DNA from: Fimbriosthenelais zetlandica
Lineage: Eukaryota
Assembly (NCBI GenBank): GCA_977030845.1
Contig: OZ365110.1
Span: 38,750,001-38,814,000, forward strand
DNA: 64,000 bases
Direction of reading: 5' to 3'
The translations under genes and the position numbers were made by a program. Each line of letters opens with the position of its first letter. The first letter of the stretch is position 1. Below are positions 47,816-62,246 of this stretch, in pieces. The notes under the pieces are model-generated. The model ran no database searches and was not told where the DNA came from. It saw nothing but the letters and a program-made list of their open reading frames with translations.

Positions 47816-50800
47816 AAATCAGAAAGAAAATCCAGAGACAAGAGCAAGAATCGAGAAAAAGGAGCAAAGCAAGCAGAAAACTGAGAGAAGAGATGTGAAA
47901 GGATGCAATGAAAGAAGGGCAGGAGGATTAGTAGATATCCAATCAAGATAACCACACAATGATAAAAAAGCAGTGGAATGAGGTATTCTTGTAGCTCCGG
48001 GGGTTCACAAGAAATATGGTGGATTAAAGGAATATTGTTTGTATAAAGAAATTATTTTCGCATTGATAGCTGGTTTTCTTTCTAAGGAGAAAGTGTTATC
48101 TTCAGCAATATTCGTACTAGTACTCCTAATCTTTATAGCTCGTTCTCACGCTGAATGTGTCATCCAAGTACATGTACATGCGGCCTAGATATGCCATTGT
48201 CTATGCATCTACATTAGACTTGTAGAATGTATATAGGCCTATACATCCTTATCTAATTAACTGAAGTCTTATATAATAATAATAATAATTAATAATAATA
48301 AAGAAATACAAGTGATCCTAGAAACAGATTACAAGAAAGCTATTATTGAATGTATGCCTGCACGAAGGAAGTTATGGAAGCCCTTGCAGGAGATCTTCCT
48401 TAGTATGACGGCTGGTCGGGTCTTTTCAGACAAAAGGAAAAAGAGCTGATGTGCTGAGAGTAGGAGGGTGTGTTAGAGGAAGACACAGGTAATATGAAAG
48501 CACCTTCTGCTACCTGCCAAATATGAGACATTAAAGCAGCCTAAATATACTTCACTTAGCATGTCTGAGGGCCATAAACCTATGGGAAAGAGCCAGTGAC
48601 TCATAGAGCTTTTTCCAGGGCTGTGCTTGTTTTGCTCGCTCCGTAAACTAGATCCCTCGAGCCCAGGGCCATGATATTATGGAGACAGGGTGAGATCAAA
48701 TACAGGGCAATCAGGAAAAAAATACAGTCACCGGGCTGTGATCAGTCAGCAATTGACAAAGGCAATACATAGATTAAGGAAATTATTGGATAAGCAATCT
48801 TGACAAGAATAGAAAAATGTATTGTGTATCACTTTGAGTATTATTTTCTTATGATTTTATGTTAAGGCCCTAACCAGTTCCTATGGACCTATTTCGTTTC
48901 ATGATGTAGTACCAGACACTTGTTTGTGCCTGTTTTGCCCTTTTGGGTTTTGTTCAATATTGTTTGCTTATCCCATGATCGGTGGTAGGACGACCCTCAA
49001 CGTTAAACACCCTTCCCTATATAATCCCTCTATGTAGAGGATATCCCGGCCACTTTTCCCAGGGGTTCTATTGCTGTCAAATAGCATTTGGTGCATTGTA
49101 CATCAATAAAGATAAGCTTTACCTATTCGTCATTTCTCTGCTAACCCATGTGTCTTTCCCATCTGAACTTCATCCATAACTGTTGCAATATCCATGACCT
49201 TTTCCTCTAATGGACCATTGAGTATGTCCTTACACTCATAACAAGATAATTCACATCTCTATTTGCGTCTTATCATCCCATAGCAGAACCTTTTTCACTT
49301 CAGCAATTGTAGGTCATACAAGCTCGGGTTTGGTATTATGAACTAATGAAAACTGTCAAAGAAAAAGTAGAGTTATTAAGTTTATAATGCTATTATTCTA
49401 AAGTGCAAATGAAACAGAAAATAAGATCAATGACCTAGTTTCTCTCAACTTAATTTATACTTAAATCGCTTATTGTATTTGAACCGTATAATTGACAACC
49501 TATGCAGAATATGCATATCTGAATAAACTGCATTGACGTCAACCCTCAAAGCGTTTGATTTCCATTTAATTTTCTTACACAATCATAAAATAATTTGCAT
49601 AATGATGTTATCGTCAGAGCCTTTTTTGTTTTGCGCCTGAAGAATTTTCGTCCAACTGAATTAGTCTATTCACTCTATTCAATCACATAATATGACTGTC
49701 ATGAAAAAAGCTCTACATGTACACGTACATGTACAAAAAAGTTGGTTATTTTTCTTGGACTGGATATCCCAAGAAACTCTCCGTTCTTGAAACTAATATG
49801 ATGCAAGGGCTGCTAACTTCGTATGCAGCAGCACTTTTAATGTGAATCGAGTACAATATGTCCATGGACTTGAGCATGTCTGTTCGAGTTATCACTTGTT
49901 CGGATAGTTGTTAAAAATGTGTGTAAGTGAAGCACCTTCGTCTGTCATCAATGAAGACGAGGCAATCTTGAAGCACGTCCCAGGAGGTTGAAGAGAAGTA
50001 CGCCACTCATTTCTTGTGCATGTCCTACTGTAGAGAGTCTACTGGTCTACACATCAATATTTAGGGCCTGTAGTTAGGAAGTAAATTTCCCTCATAGGGT
50101 TTACACCAAGAAGGCTGGCCGTTTTGCTCTGAGGATTGAGGCCAGACCACCAACAGATGAGATTAGAGAAATACCTCTATCGTTGCAAGTAGATCGATAT
50201 TGTGCATGTAATTAGGTTTTTCGGACTGCCTAATTATCATGTAATCAAAGTCTCATCAGGATCATGTCATTACATGTAGGCCTTTTTCATTCAGTACGCA
50301 TATTTGCATACTTTAATTTTATGAAGTAAATGCATCGTGAGAACGAGTTTTGTGCCTTGGAATATCATTTGCATACCATTTCGTTTTGGGGTCACGTCGC
50401 GATTAGGCCCCTTATTTAGAACAAAGATGGACAGGAAGTTGGAAGTTGGTCCCAGCCCCATTTTGCATGCACACCTTACAACGGAAGTCGCACAAATTTG
50501 CCGGAAGCATTTTACATTGATTTGGTGGCAGGTCTTGCCTGGGCTGAACGCTGCAGTCTGGGATGGGGCTGGCCAAAATATCCCTGGTCAGCCCTGATGA
50601 GCATGCGCAAACCAGCAGCCTTGGTCATGTCCGGTTGGCAGTAAAAAGTGGAGCCCCCTAGAGCGTTCCGGATCTAGCTGGGTCATTGTAGAAGCTGTCG
50701 TCTTAGCGACACGTCGCCATGACAATTACGTTCTCTAATGAAGGAGGCACTCTGGAGGCAGTCAAGTGGTGCTCCGTCGGTCGCAGCTGGCCACCTGAAT

Positions 50801-53061
50801 TTCACATGGATATCAGTTTTACTTTAGACTACATCAGCTTGTCAATATGTAAAGACCACTGAACCTTGTGGGGAATTCCATTAAAGGTCATATTTCCGGG
50901 GGATTCTGAAAAAAAAATCTCATACGGTTTGGTAAATAAAGAACATGCATGCGAGGAAAGCACAGGATAGTCTCCAAGTTCCTCAGTAATTGTTATTCTG
51001 TAAAGGGGATGAGGTGGTCAGCCTGTGACAGAAAGCAATATTGACAATATATCAAATCATCTAGTCAAGATACATTTCTCATCAATACAGGCCATGCCAC
51101 AATGTCATTACGATTCACAAAAAACACTCGTCTTGAAGAGGGCGCTTCAGAGACTAGATCTCCATCAATACACTGACAATGACACATGTTCACGATTTAA
51201 GATTAAGAAGATAGCCGAAAATAACACAACTGTCTTGGAAAGTCTTGGTGGTGTTATGCACTTGAAGTGTATGCGAGAAGGAAACCCAAGGGCGGAGCGA
51301 AGCGTATAGTTTGAAAGTAGCCTACCCTATAGCTGATATGTTCGAGAGAAGGAACGCCAAGGGTAGAGTGAAGCGTGAAGTCCCCCTCATTCACTTGACG
51401 GTCAAGATAGCCGAGTAAGGTGCAGACCTAGTATTATTAAATCTCGAACAGTGATATTAAATCTCAATATTAGCCATAGTAGGCATCACCTAGCGTGAAT
51501 CCTAGCGGCAGAAACATAATAACTTCAATTATTTGTCATATCCAGTTTGTCAGTCCTAAAAACGGGGCTAAAACTAGTTCCAGTTGAGTACCAAACAGGA
51601 AAGGTTGATTTGGGATATATAGTATATCCATCCAAACAGAAACATTTGTACATTTAATGATGTATCAGACAAATAAGTCTCATTTCTCAATCAGCAAAGT
51701 TTTAGTTACACACCAAAATCACCCCAGTACCTCTTCGCTCTTCCACTCCATCAGGCCACCCCCCTCTCTGCCCACCCCGCCACCCATCCCCACTTCCAGC
51801 AGCCATCTATATAACCTTACTCGGCTCTCTCGCCAGGCCAACGTCCAGGTGACATGTATAAACGTATGACCATCCCAGCCGCCAGGCGGCGGTAATACAC
51901 GCAGGATATGAGCCTCGTTTATAAGCCATAGGATCAGCCAGAGCCCGCCTCGCAGGCCTTGATAATAACGTTCCATTATCATTCCATTCGTCAGGCGTAC
52001 ACCAGCGGTCAGGCCGGCACTAATTGATGTACTCCTTCATACGCCCAGCTAACGTCATGTTTCCACGTCACTTCCGCCCTCAGCACACCGTGTAAGGTAT
52101 GCTGGGATTGTACGCCTCCCGGAAATGGCGTGAAAACAGAGGTGACTTCCGGGCTGTTGTTGCGCAGGCGCTTAAATGGAGGCAATGTTGGCGGTGGGGG
52201 TTGTGTATGGCTGATAGTGGCTTGTGGGAGGTGGTGGATGGGGGTGGAAGCTGAAGTGGTGGCAGGCAAAATGGAACCATCAGTACCATGATAAAACATA
52301 ATGTGTTTATATTACTTTCTGATGTCACATATTACTTGTTGCGCTAAAGATTAACCAAGCTGTGTTCTTTAGTCTATGAGTCTTTCAAAAACATTGATTT
52401 TCAATTTCATTATCAGTAACACTATCCCTATATTAATGTACCAAGTAATACACCGATGCAACATAATGCTTCATATCTACAGGAATTATCCACATGGCAG
52501 CAAACATGGTTGCAACTCTAAAAAGTTCCAGACAAAGACCTAGCCGAAAGCAACGACTATAAGCTTTTACTAACTTTACGATTATGGTGAAGTCCGAAGA
52601 GCTAAAATTGCAATTACGTAAGCTCGATCATAGAAAGTCATAATACGATCACCCACACAGAAATATGCATGCACATGTGTCCGACTGATTGTACTCGGAT
52701 GGCCATAAAATAATGCAATTAACCTAACCCTGCCTAGTGGTAATGGGATCCTATAGTGAAACGAAGGATGAGGGTAGGGCGACAATTTAATGGCTACTCT
52801 TCTACATTGTAATGGTTGATAAAATAGGCCCAGATATAAAACAAAGCTCTCAGTAAATTAGCAAGTCTGGACCCCCTCATTAATGTTTTAGTCTGCTTCA
52901 TGAACATGTTAGGGTAGTGACTAAGTGCATTAGTAATTTTAGGTTTTGTAAATTCAGTGTTATCCACTATAACCTTGAAAATAGAATGGGTACTCACAAA
53001 GATATGTCAAATGCACCTAAAATGTCATATCTACCCCTATTAATTGAAGGGACATAGTAAC

Positions 53062-53809
53062 TGTTCTTAGGATGTACTATTATCTTGGTAAAGTTACGGG
53101 TTATAATTAGTAAATGTTACATTTATTTTAATTTAATTTCTGGTAATATTTCAATTCCATTGTTTCATTTGATCGTTTGATACGAATTTCCTATATTTCT
53201 AAGTTCCTATAGTAAGATCTAAAATAAGTTCATTTCTAAATACCAATACGTTATAAATAGCCCAGTCACATGACACACTCCATACACTCACCACCTCACG
53301 CACACACCAACCCAACACGCCATAGCGAGCACACCTTCACATACCTTCTAGCTTTATACCATCCAGTGTGGTAAATACCTTTTATTAAACTTTATTTTTT
53401 GTTTTAAACCATTCACTCATATATGTATATTTGTTATGTTGTGTCAGAAACCATTATAAATTCATATAACTTCATATAAATCCCTTAGATATCATACCGG
53501 TGTGTGATCTGTGTTTACCATAAAACCTCTACTACCCTTACCGTAAACCCATATGTGTGAACCTTGGCTTTTGCATTCATTTACTCGTTGGTACTTAATT
53601 CCAGTTGTATTATTGTTTATTCGAAATATTTGATGTGATTTAGTTAGAATATTTATTTTTATTTTATTTTAGTTTAACCAATTTCGAGCAACTCCAACAA
53701 TTCCAATTCAAGACCAAGCAAGTTCAAAACTACCATATTTTGTGTAAACCACTGGACTTTGAAAACCTAATAAACTTTGAAAACCTAATTTACTATGTTG
53801 AAGTCAACA
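53062..53809 (+). mobile_element. Probable solo LTR (BEL/Pao- or Gypsy-like), ~748 bp
   Basis: Begins TGTT and ends AACA; flanks GTAAC/GTAAA form a 5-bp TSD with one mismatch. Internal TATAAATAG (~53252) precedes a CA-rich R-like tract, with AATAAA at 53769-53774 near the 3' end and internal donor- and acceptor-like sites. Confidence 0.5.
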
Positions 53810-54488
53810 GTAAAATTTCATCCAAGAACCAGAACACACCAAACCCTGACACATCACTCTTCCATGTCAATTAAGTGACCATGGTAAAAGCACAAGCTTA
53901 GTGTCAATACAACGATTGTTTCATTTATCTTACAGGAGGTAAGAATTGAGCAACAGTTGGTAAAAAAAAAAATACTGGTCTGTAATTCCAGGGGGACGAA
54001 ATAGAGTAGGTTCCAGCTCCGAAGCACATAAGGCCAGGAATGGGTTTCTGGTCATCCTATCATTATCAAGGCACTAATAATACTTTTACTTTTTACTCTA
54101 GAGGGACATTATCGCAGAGCCTGCCGAAGTAATCTTATACTTTGATGTACCTGATGGCCTGCGATGGCCTGCGAGTTCGTTCAAAGTTTGGCTCCAAGTT
54201 AATGGTATTATTTTCCGTTATTGCACAAAATATGCGTTTATGTATATTTTCCAGAATGTGTGACATAATCTATTTTTTTGTCCTCTGATTTATGGAAAAA
54301 TTCATGACTTACAATTCATACCCCTGTTCTAATGCCTTCCTACACACCAGTGGACTATACTGAGGGGTGGGAAGGGTTGTCAGCCACATTCTGTCATAGG
54401 AGCGCGTCACGTCAGTCCACAATTTTCAAAATGGTCACCCCACAAATATATTCCTGCCTACAACTTACCATTTTCGGGTAGAAATTTA

Positions 54489-54655
54489 TGCACTATCAGA
54501 TGAAGGTCTTGTACACATTCTCCAATTGCAAGAATCACTGCAAGAATCACCAGGCAATGATCCCGGATAGGTATCCAATTAATGTAGCAGGTCTTTTGAG
54601 ATACCCACTAGATATTCATGACTTGCAATTATTGCAAAGTTTCATACCCATGTCC
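54489..54655 (-). repeat. Diverged inverted copy of part of the ~322-bp unit at 22122-22900
   Basis: Reverse complement contains ggacatgggtatgaaactttgcaataattgcaag and gattcttgcagtgattcttgcaattggagaatgtgtacaag, matching the array's gacatgggtagtaaactttgcaagaattgcaaa and gattcttgcagtgattcttccaattggaacttgtctacaag. Confidence 0.8.
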
Positions 54656-57600
54656 GTTAAACCTAGGTAACGGTAATCACTGACACAATATCAATCATTG
54701 GATCATGTCATTAGAAATGCGCGATCGGATGGCGACGGATTGGAGAATTGGATAAGGCCTACTAAGTAAAAATGTATGCATGGGCAACATTAGTGGAACA
54801 TGTATGCAACTGGTAGGAGCTGTGCCTCTGGTTGTTTTGGTGCTCGTCGTAGTAATAGTAGTAATATTGTCATAGTATAATAGTACTAGTATTAGTAAAG
54901 CTATTGAAGAGGCATTGGCAAAGGCAAAGTTACTCAAACAGTAATTTCAATTGCATTCAACATATAATGAATATGTACCTTATGGTTAAGTATAGTCAGC
55001 CTGTTCATTAACTGCAAGATTTGTAACAAAGCACTAAGTATCATGTTTGGCGCCTGTACAAGTAGTACTAGAATCCCTGCTGAGAAGTGTCTCTTTGCAT
55101 GCTTATATATGGTGGTTGTCTCCCCTAGCTAACAATGATAGATACCTCAGGTATGTGCCATGTCACACATCACTAGCAATTTTCATAATTGGTGCCAGAT
55201 AAAGGAAACAGCGCCAGGAAATACCTGCCTTTCCCCAGCGGTGACTCCAAGAGCTATTTATTACACCTCATTTACAAGCAGGATTCACGTGTCAGGCCAT
55301 GGCTGCAATGAGAGGTACAATTATATTATGTCTGTGTTGATGATTTTGGAGATGCATTTGCCAATCTTAAAATATTTCTTAATCTTCCATGAATATCCTA
55401 CTATATGATTTCTCAAGTTTTCATCATAATTTTCACTCAAGAAGTAATTAGCTAAAATGCAAATACCACTTAATTTTTTTTTATTCAGGTAGATAATATT
55501 GATCAAGCGCGACAATCTGGAAGAGAAAACAAGCAAACAAACCCATCACCCTGAAAGGAAAACATCCTGAAGAAAGGAAATCCTCAAACATTGGAAGGAA
55601 CAATTAGAAACTCATCATCCAACAGGTCGATAATAAAAGTCTGCCGCTGACATTCATGTTTCTTCAGGAGGACATCAGGTTCACCAGACTTTATCCGGCC
55701 CACCCTTCACTACCACCACACCCCCTGCCACTGGCAATGGGTGCTTCAAGAGAAGGATCCAAGGTCCAGGCAGAGCGATGGCAAAACGTTGTCTGGAGAT
55801 AGGAGAAGTGGCCTTGGCCGGCCCCTAAAAGCCCCTCCCTGGTGAAGAGCTCTCACCAGCCTCCAGGTCTGCCCCCCAGCTGTCACATGACCGGCCCCAG
55901 CCAGTAATGGAGGCCCGCTCTGATGTTTGCTTTTGTCGCTAGGCGGCGGCAGGATCAATTAACAATAAGGGGATATGCTAAAGTGCAGAGAGACAAATTA
56001 GCAGAAAAATATTGATGCCTTGCGAGCAAATGGCTTGCATTGAGATAAGACGAAGTGAGTTGAGCCTGGGTTTTTGGATGGTTCTTGGCGTTGACAGGGG
56101 ACAAGTTGGCCAATTTTACCCAAACCAGCCATACTGCTGATTCTCTTCGTGTTTTACAAATTCATTTCTTTGACAACTTTCTCGCATTTATGATTTAAAA
56201 AGACAAATGAACAATATTTTATTAACTTTTTTCAGGAATCCTTATTGAAAAAAATCGCAAAAAAACCTAAATCTGCCTCTTCTTCACAGGTGTTCCCTGA
56301 ACAAATTAAAGTGTCCAATAAGTACTTTGGACAGTCTTACTTACTTTTGACCATACATAAATTATATCCAAATACAACAAAAAATAAAACAGATAAACAC
56401 ACTCTGTATCCTTTTTACTGCAATACCAGATCCAGATGAATACACCTGGGAAAATTTGGAGGTATGGCAGCAGGATTCTATGTACGCAATTGTAATGTAA
56501 TTATCAGTCCCGCTACCCCAGCTGCTAATCTTCCATAAACTCTCAGAATGCAGCTATGTTTTTCCATGGCTTTCCTTAATTAAATATGCAGCAGTACTGG
56601 GACAGAGTCTGTCACTCCGTGGACGTGTGCGATATTCTCCTCTCTGGATGGGACACTGCATTATTCAAAACGCTTGGAATCCTTATCTATAGACGATTAT
56701 CACTTTTATATTATTTTGTATTATTCCCGATCAGACCATTATAACAGGGATGACTTTTTGTCTTGCAAGAATGGAATGAATATAAATAACATCTTTCGTG
56801 TCATTAAATCGAGTAGAGTGTGTTTGTGCCGAGCATCCGAGCATAAAAAGATGTTGGTAGGATTTTTGTTCTAAGTTAAATATTATCTGCTCTGATATCC
56901 ATTTCCTACTGTGGATTTGAGTCGTATAGAGAAAGGGACTTTAAAGGTATTACTAAGTCTCAAAGAATATTATTACTGTCTAAGTAGTGTACGTACCAAC
57001 TTATGACTATAATAGTCAAAGGGCATAGCCACGTTATTCTTTATGGTCATGTGTGTATTAAAGGGTAACTTTCACTGTACGATAGGCCTACTTATTGGGT
57101 GCTTTTAGTCCTATCAAATAATCGGACCTCAAATGGGCATTTAATGTGAAAAGGTACAAGAAATAAGACATGGACCGAGGGACAAACCTTTTAGAGCCCC
57201 AAGCCTCCTCCCATCACCCCACGGTTTGTTAATCATTCTTCTGGTGTCACTTACAAAACTTGACTTTTGCTATAATTGGCATACCTTCATGCCGTATCTC
57301 GTGCCATTCTTAAAGCATTGCCCGACATCTCTCAGCCTCAATCTTGCCAATTCAGCAAGCATCCTAAGATCTACCAAGAATGTTGTGAGTATGTGTCCAG
57401 GGAGGGCCTGGGGTCGTTTGTCCTGGCTCCTGGCCACATTGCCACTCCCCTGGAGCAGCTCTACGGAGCACGTCCAAGCCCACTCCACCTATTATCGCTC
57501 GACCACTTGCCCGTGCTACACTATTGGCCCAGTGTCAATAACAAGCGGGCCACACTGGGCATTGTTTGGCGTGACAACATTGCCCCATCTGCCCGCGCAC

Positions 57601-59036
57601 TAAACACACTACCTCGCATTCAAAGGGGGCATGTGGTCTTGTGGAAAATCTTTAAGGGTACAGAGTTCTGAATTATGACCAATGGAGAAAGACTGTTCCT
57701 TTATTATATTTAGTTCAGTAGATTGGTGCAAAAATAGAGCAGAATTGTTCAAATTTGGAGGAAAGGATGAAATTTGGTACAGTTCTTGATTTTGGTATTC
57801 CGAATAAAATTAGAGGTAGACACATTCTGAAAAAAACATTTCCTTGGATAGGCCTACTGTTGATAAAGTAAAATTTCAGAGTAAAATTGTTTCTTTCCTA
57901 AAATGTTGTCGATATTTTATCATATAAAGCAAATACATCAAAGATGTCTTGAATGTAGGCAACTATTTCTGACATTCTGCTGGTTGCAATGAATGGTTGC
58001 CTAGTAACAAGGCAAATCCCAACAATTGCTGCAAAATATGTTATTTTATTCAGTTTATTGGACCAATATATCAATTTTTCTAAAAAGAATAACACTTTTG
58101 TCAATATTAGTAATTATGACCCTATTCTAGCTTTTAGAGCAATTAAAGATGGCTACCATATTGTTCCCATATCTAAAATAGCTCATCAAGTGCAGCTCAT
58201 TAGTTAGCTATATTCTCTAGTTGAGTTGGCACCTTTTATATATGAGCTATAATTGTTGATTCTTCCTCACCTAATTATGCTTGACCTAATTATGATTGTC
58301 GTGATTCATGTAGGTCTCATTGCTGACATTTCTATACCATTTGTATGATTTTAGCTGTATATTACAATTTCCCAGAGGAAATTAAATTAATACGCTTGAC
58401 AGGTATGAATGGCTGAATTTGGTTCATTTTATACGACGCTATGGAATACATTTTGATTTATTACACGGTTTAAATAAATATATTTGCGCCATATTGCGTC
58501 ACTCATCAACCTTATGCACTTGTGCCCGTTGGACTCAGGTAGGCCAAGCTTCATTCTTTCTGCCAATAAATCATGCTGTCAACAGTATTTCATCAAAGAC
58601 TATTCAAAGCAAAATAAATGCACAAACAAGTTCATTTCAGCCAAATCATTCATAACCCCACTCAAGACCCCAACACTTAACCAAAATTCCCTTAACCCCT
58701 CATTTGGTCCTCGCCTTTGTGTGATCAATACTGGTGGGTGCCTTGAGGGAGGTGCTACCATGCTGGCCACTGGTTGAGCAGTAAACAGAGACAGGAGTAG
58801 ACCCAGGGGAACAAGGTGGTACACAACAGGGAGAGGCAGAGGCCCCCAGCCACAAGGTGATGCAGAGTTCTGTCTGAAGAAGGACACAACACAAGCAGAG
58901 AATTGGCAAAGGCCTTGTTTGACTTATGTTTGTAAAGCATGCTTGAAGGTTTCGGTTTCACGTACTGAAAGTCATTGGTCTGATAGGTTGCTTTGCAAAA
59001 AGCATGATAATGCAAGATATTGGCCGATAGTGGGAC

Positions 59037-59109
59037 CAGGGGCCTGTTTCAGCGTAGAAATTTCTCATAGACTTAGCATTGCTAATGGTTGTTCTGAGAC
59101 AGGCCCCTG
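59037..59109. mobile_element. Fold-back MITE-like element, family copy 2
   Basis: caggggcctgtttcag ... ctgagacaggcccctg termini and a central ttagcattgctaa shared with copy 3. Confidence 0.7.
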
Positions 59110-59224
59110 TTCATTTATAAGCTATAGATAAGAAGAGTAGAAGAGAATTCCTTCTAATTCACTTGTTACATTAATAAGAACAGCATCGATTAAATTATTA
59201 GTGTGATAAATAGCAGAAATGACT

Positions 59225-59295
59225 TGGAGCCTGTTTCAAAAGGAATATTAGCCATAGAATTAGCATTGCTAATATTCCATTTGAAACAGGTCCCA
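59225..59295. mobile_element. Fold-back MITE-like element, family copy 3
   Basis: tggagcctgtttcaaaaggaatattagc ... gctaatattccatttgaaacaggtccca; arms ~28 bp. Confidence 0.75.
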
Positions 59296-61568
59296 GGTCA
59301 ATCCAACATAGTAGTTCCACTCCTAATATCTTTCCTGTGTACGTTTATATCATTCTATTTTTCATCAAATTTACTCTTTTCAGACCAAATTTACAGAGTA
59401 ATTTCAGGACGCAGGCATTGACCCTCTTTCCTCACTCTATACATGATCAGGAAGAGTTCATGGCAAGCTGCACATGTATTCTGTCCAGCCCTTGTATGAT
59501 TAAGGCAAGGCAGGCCGACCAGCCTGATTCCCCTGCAGGCCCCTCAATGACTTAGTTGTAAATGACTAGAGCAAGAGGAATCCGGCCCTTGATTGGCTGG
59601 TGGTCATCTACTGGTGCTTGCTCCGTGTGTGTAGCAGGAATGTCTATTGGGATGTCCACAGCAGAATGACCAAACTGCTATCTTAGCAAGTCCTGCTTCC
59701 TCTCCTCTTTCTGCCAACTATAGCAGAGGAAGAGAAACGATGAAGCAATGGTCTAAATCACTGTCTAAAGGCAAGGTCTGCATGATTGCTGTTGTGTTTC
59801 CATGCTCTCCACTAGGAAAAGACTACAATTTAAATCTGAACTATTAAATTTAATATTCCTCAAAACACTTCAAAATGCTATTATTATACACATAAATAGA
59901 CCGAGACTGTTTAAGAGATCTTCAAAATTCATTTCATTCTCAAGCATATCAGAGGCAATCCCCTCGGGGGATATCATTCTATAAAATGCAAACTGTCTTG
60001 CAGCACTGTTGATACTGTTGACTTAAGTTGGCCTGTTATGGCAATATGTCATAATCAGTTTCACAGCAACTCTGAAATATGGATATAAATATTTGGCCAC
60101 GTCTAGAAACACATTGAACGGGGAATAACTCAAATGCACTCACCAAATATTTCAGCATATCTGCATGGTGAGTTGTGTACTGTTGTAGATAGCATTGATT
60201 TTCTGCCTGCAAAGCGACCCTGACTTACTCCAAATTGCGTTTACTTATATCAAGTGCAGTTTCAACTTATTTTAAGACTATTCAAACTTATTTTAAGACT
60301 GGGAATAGTGCTCTAGTTGAAGTGTCAGCCCAAGCAAGTTGCAGTGGTCTACTGTCCCCGGATGGCCTCAGATCTTCTCAGCTCATGTCAGCACTCCCCA
60401 GCATCAAAGTACTCCTTTAATTCATACATAATAGATTTGGTTTGGTTAGTCATAGAATCGCCTTGCACTAGCCAGACCTGAGGGAGAGGCCCATGTGGTG
60501 CAGAAAGGCAGACAGATACTCACTGAAACAATAAAAAAGACCACTAGCTGCGGTGAAACCAAACCCATTTAGATGAGGGAAAGGTAAGAGTGGAAGGTAC
60601 AGAAAAAGTGCACTGTGCACATGAGAGTGAATAACATAGTGAGCAAGCAGCCAGAGACCAATATTGAAAAAAAATATTTATTATTTTCCTATATAAAAGG
60701 TCATGAGAAAGAACATAGGAAGTCTAAAACCATATAGCATGCATTGTTACTGGTACCATCTGCACAAGCAGTGAAAATAATCATAAATGCCGAAGACATC
60801 CTCTCTGAACTCAAACGTACCACTTAAAAACAATACAATAAATCAATCAATGGCTTTAAATGTCTTTTTTCTCAGATCTCCAACCTGTCCTCAGCATACA
60901 GACATTTTGCCTGTAATTTGCTGTCTCTCAGTATTTCCATTCATCGCCTGATGAGCCTATTTACACCCAACACAGGCGTTCAAGCAGGCCCAGGTAAATG
61001 TGACTTAAAGCCAGGCTAATATCATTTACTTTCTTTGTCGCTGACAATTGATCGCGAGTGCGAATCATCATCAAATCAATGATTTTCACATTTTTGCTCA
61101 TCTAGTGGGTTTTATGAGCGGTGCCATCATTATGGAGCCAGAATTAATTCAGTCGGCGCTAATTATTACCATTCTACACAAGTAGGCCACAAATTGCGAT
61201 CAGAGCCAATCGACAAGACTAGGAGAGACAATGGTGAATAAATGACTTTTAATTGCTTCATAGCATCGGGATGTTTACGCATGAAGTGCCTGTATTCAGA
61301 AGAGAATATCACTGCTCTTCATGGCTAATTAATTATATGAATCGAGTATTACAAAAGAGGGTGGACTCCGATTAAAAGAAATTTCTATTCAAGAAAACTA
61401 AGTTAGGGATCAACCGCAGGGGACTCATGCAAATGATAATCCCTGCTCACATTATACAGAGAATCGAATCTTTTCAGTATTAACTATTTTTCTCATTGTG
61501 TTCCATCTCTCGTTAACACATCTCATCTTAACAGAAAGTTATAGACCTATGTGAAATCTTCATCACAG

Positions 61569-62246
61569 TATGAACAATACAAGTTGCTGACATTAAGTTC
61601 TTCCTCTGTGAAGCAAGAACTGAAATGTGCTCCTCCTGGGATGCACGGAAGGTCGTTGCTGGAAATGCTGTCAAAGTCTGAACTTGTACCGATGTAAGTA
61701 AAACCAGACGCCTTACTGACAATTCTTGGCCGGTTGATATTTCTGTCGTCCGGTGTCCTTTAGTGTGTGACAGTCAAGTCACGTTGCTCGTGACCATCTC
61801 TAGGCGTGACCAGTAGTACCAATGCTCTCAAGCTCAAGTAAGATCATACATGTGTTAACAGGCTAGGGCCAGTTCTAACCTCCCATGTCCAACTTCAAGG
61901 GGAAAGGTTTTCTTGTCCAGTTTTGAGCGCTCTGAAATAAATTTACATTGTGTTGTTGATTAACAACTTTTCTAGTGGTATACATTGTGATGTTGATTAG
62001 CAACTTCTGACGGTTTATACTTATAGTAAGTCTTTGGAAGTGAACTAATGAAAATACTACTGTGGGCTACGTATGCACATAGAAGTGACTTTGGCCCCTA
62101 AGACCTCGGCAGCAACAGGTATGCCTCTAACCAAGAAAAAAAGGAACAAAGAGAAGACTAACATATCTAACAACGAAAGTAACATTCTGTATAGGGAAGA
62201 CGTGGAAGCGGCTGCTGCTGGCATGTATGACACATCTGTTTGTTAG
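61569..62246 (+). CDS. Possible last two coding exons of an unidentified gene (61569..61693 and 62195..62246)
   Basis: Acceptor tcttcatcacag, a single open frame YEQYKLLTLSSSSVKQELKCAPPGMHGRSLLEMLSKSELVP, donor AT|GTAAGT (phase 2); joins in phase to ctgtatag|G EDVEAAAAGMYDTSVC*. No homology recognised. Confidence 0.25.

Noticed and set aside
57226-57671. Overlapping 125- and 131-aa plus ORFs as a gene
   Set aside because: No recognisable domain, an internal GTGAGT donor without a good acceptor, and three overlapping ORFs typical of a GC-richer non-coding patch.
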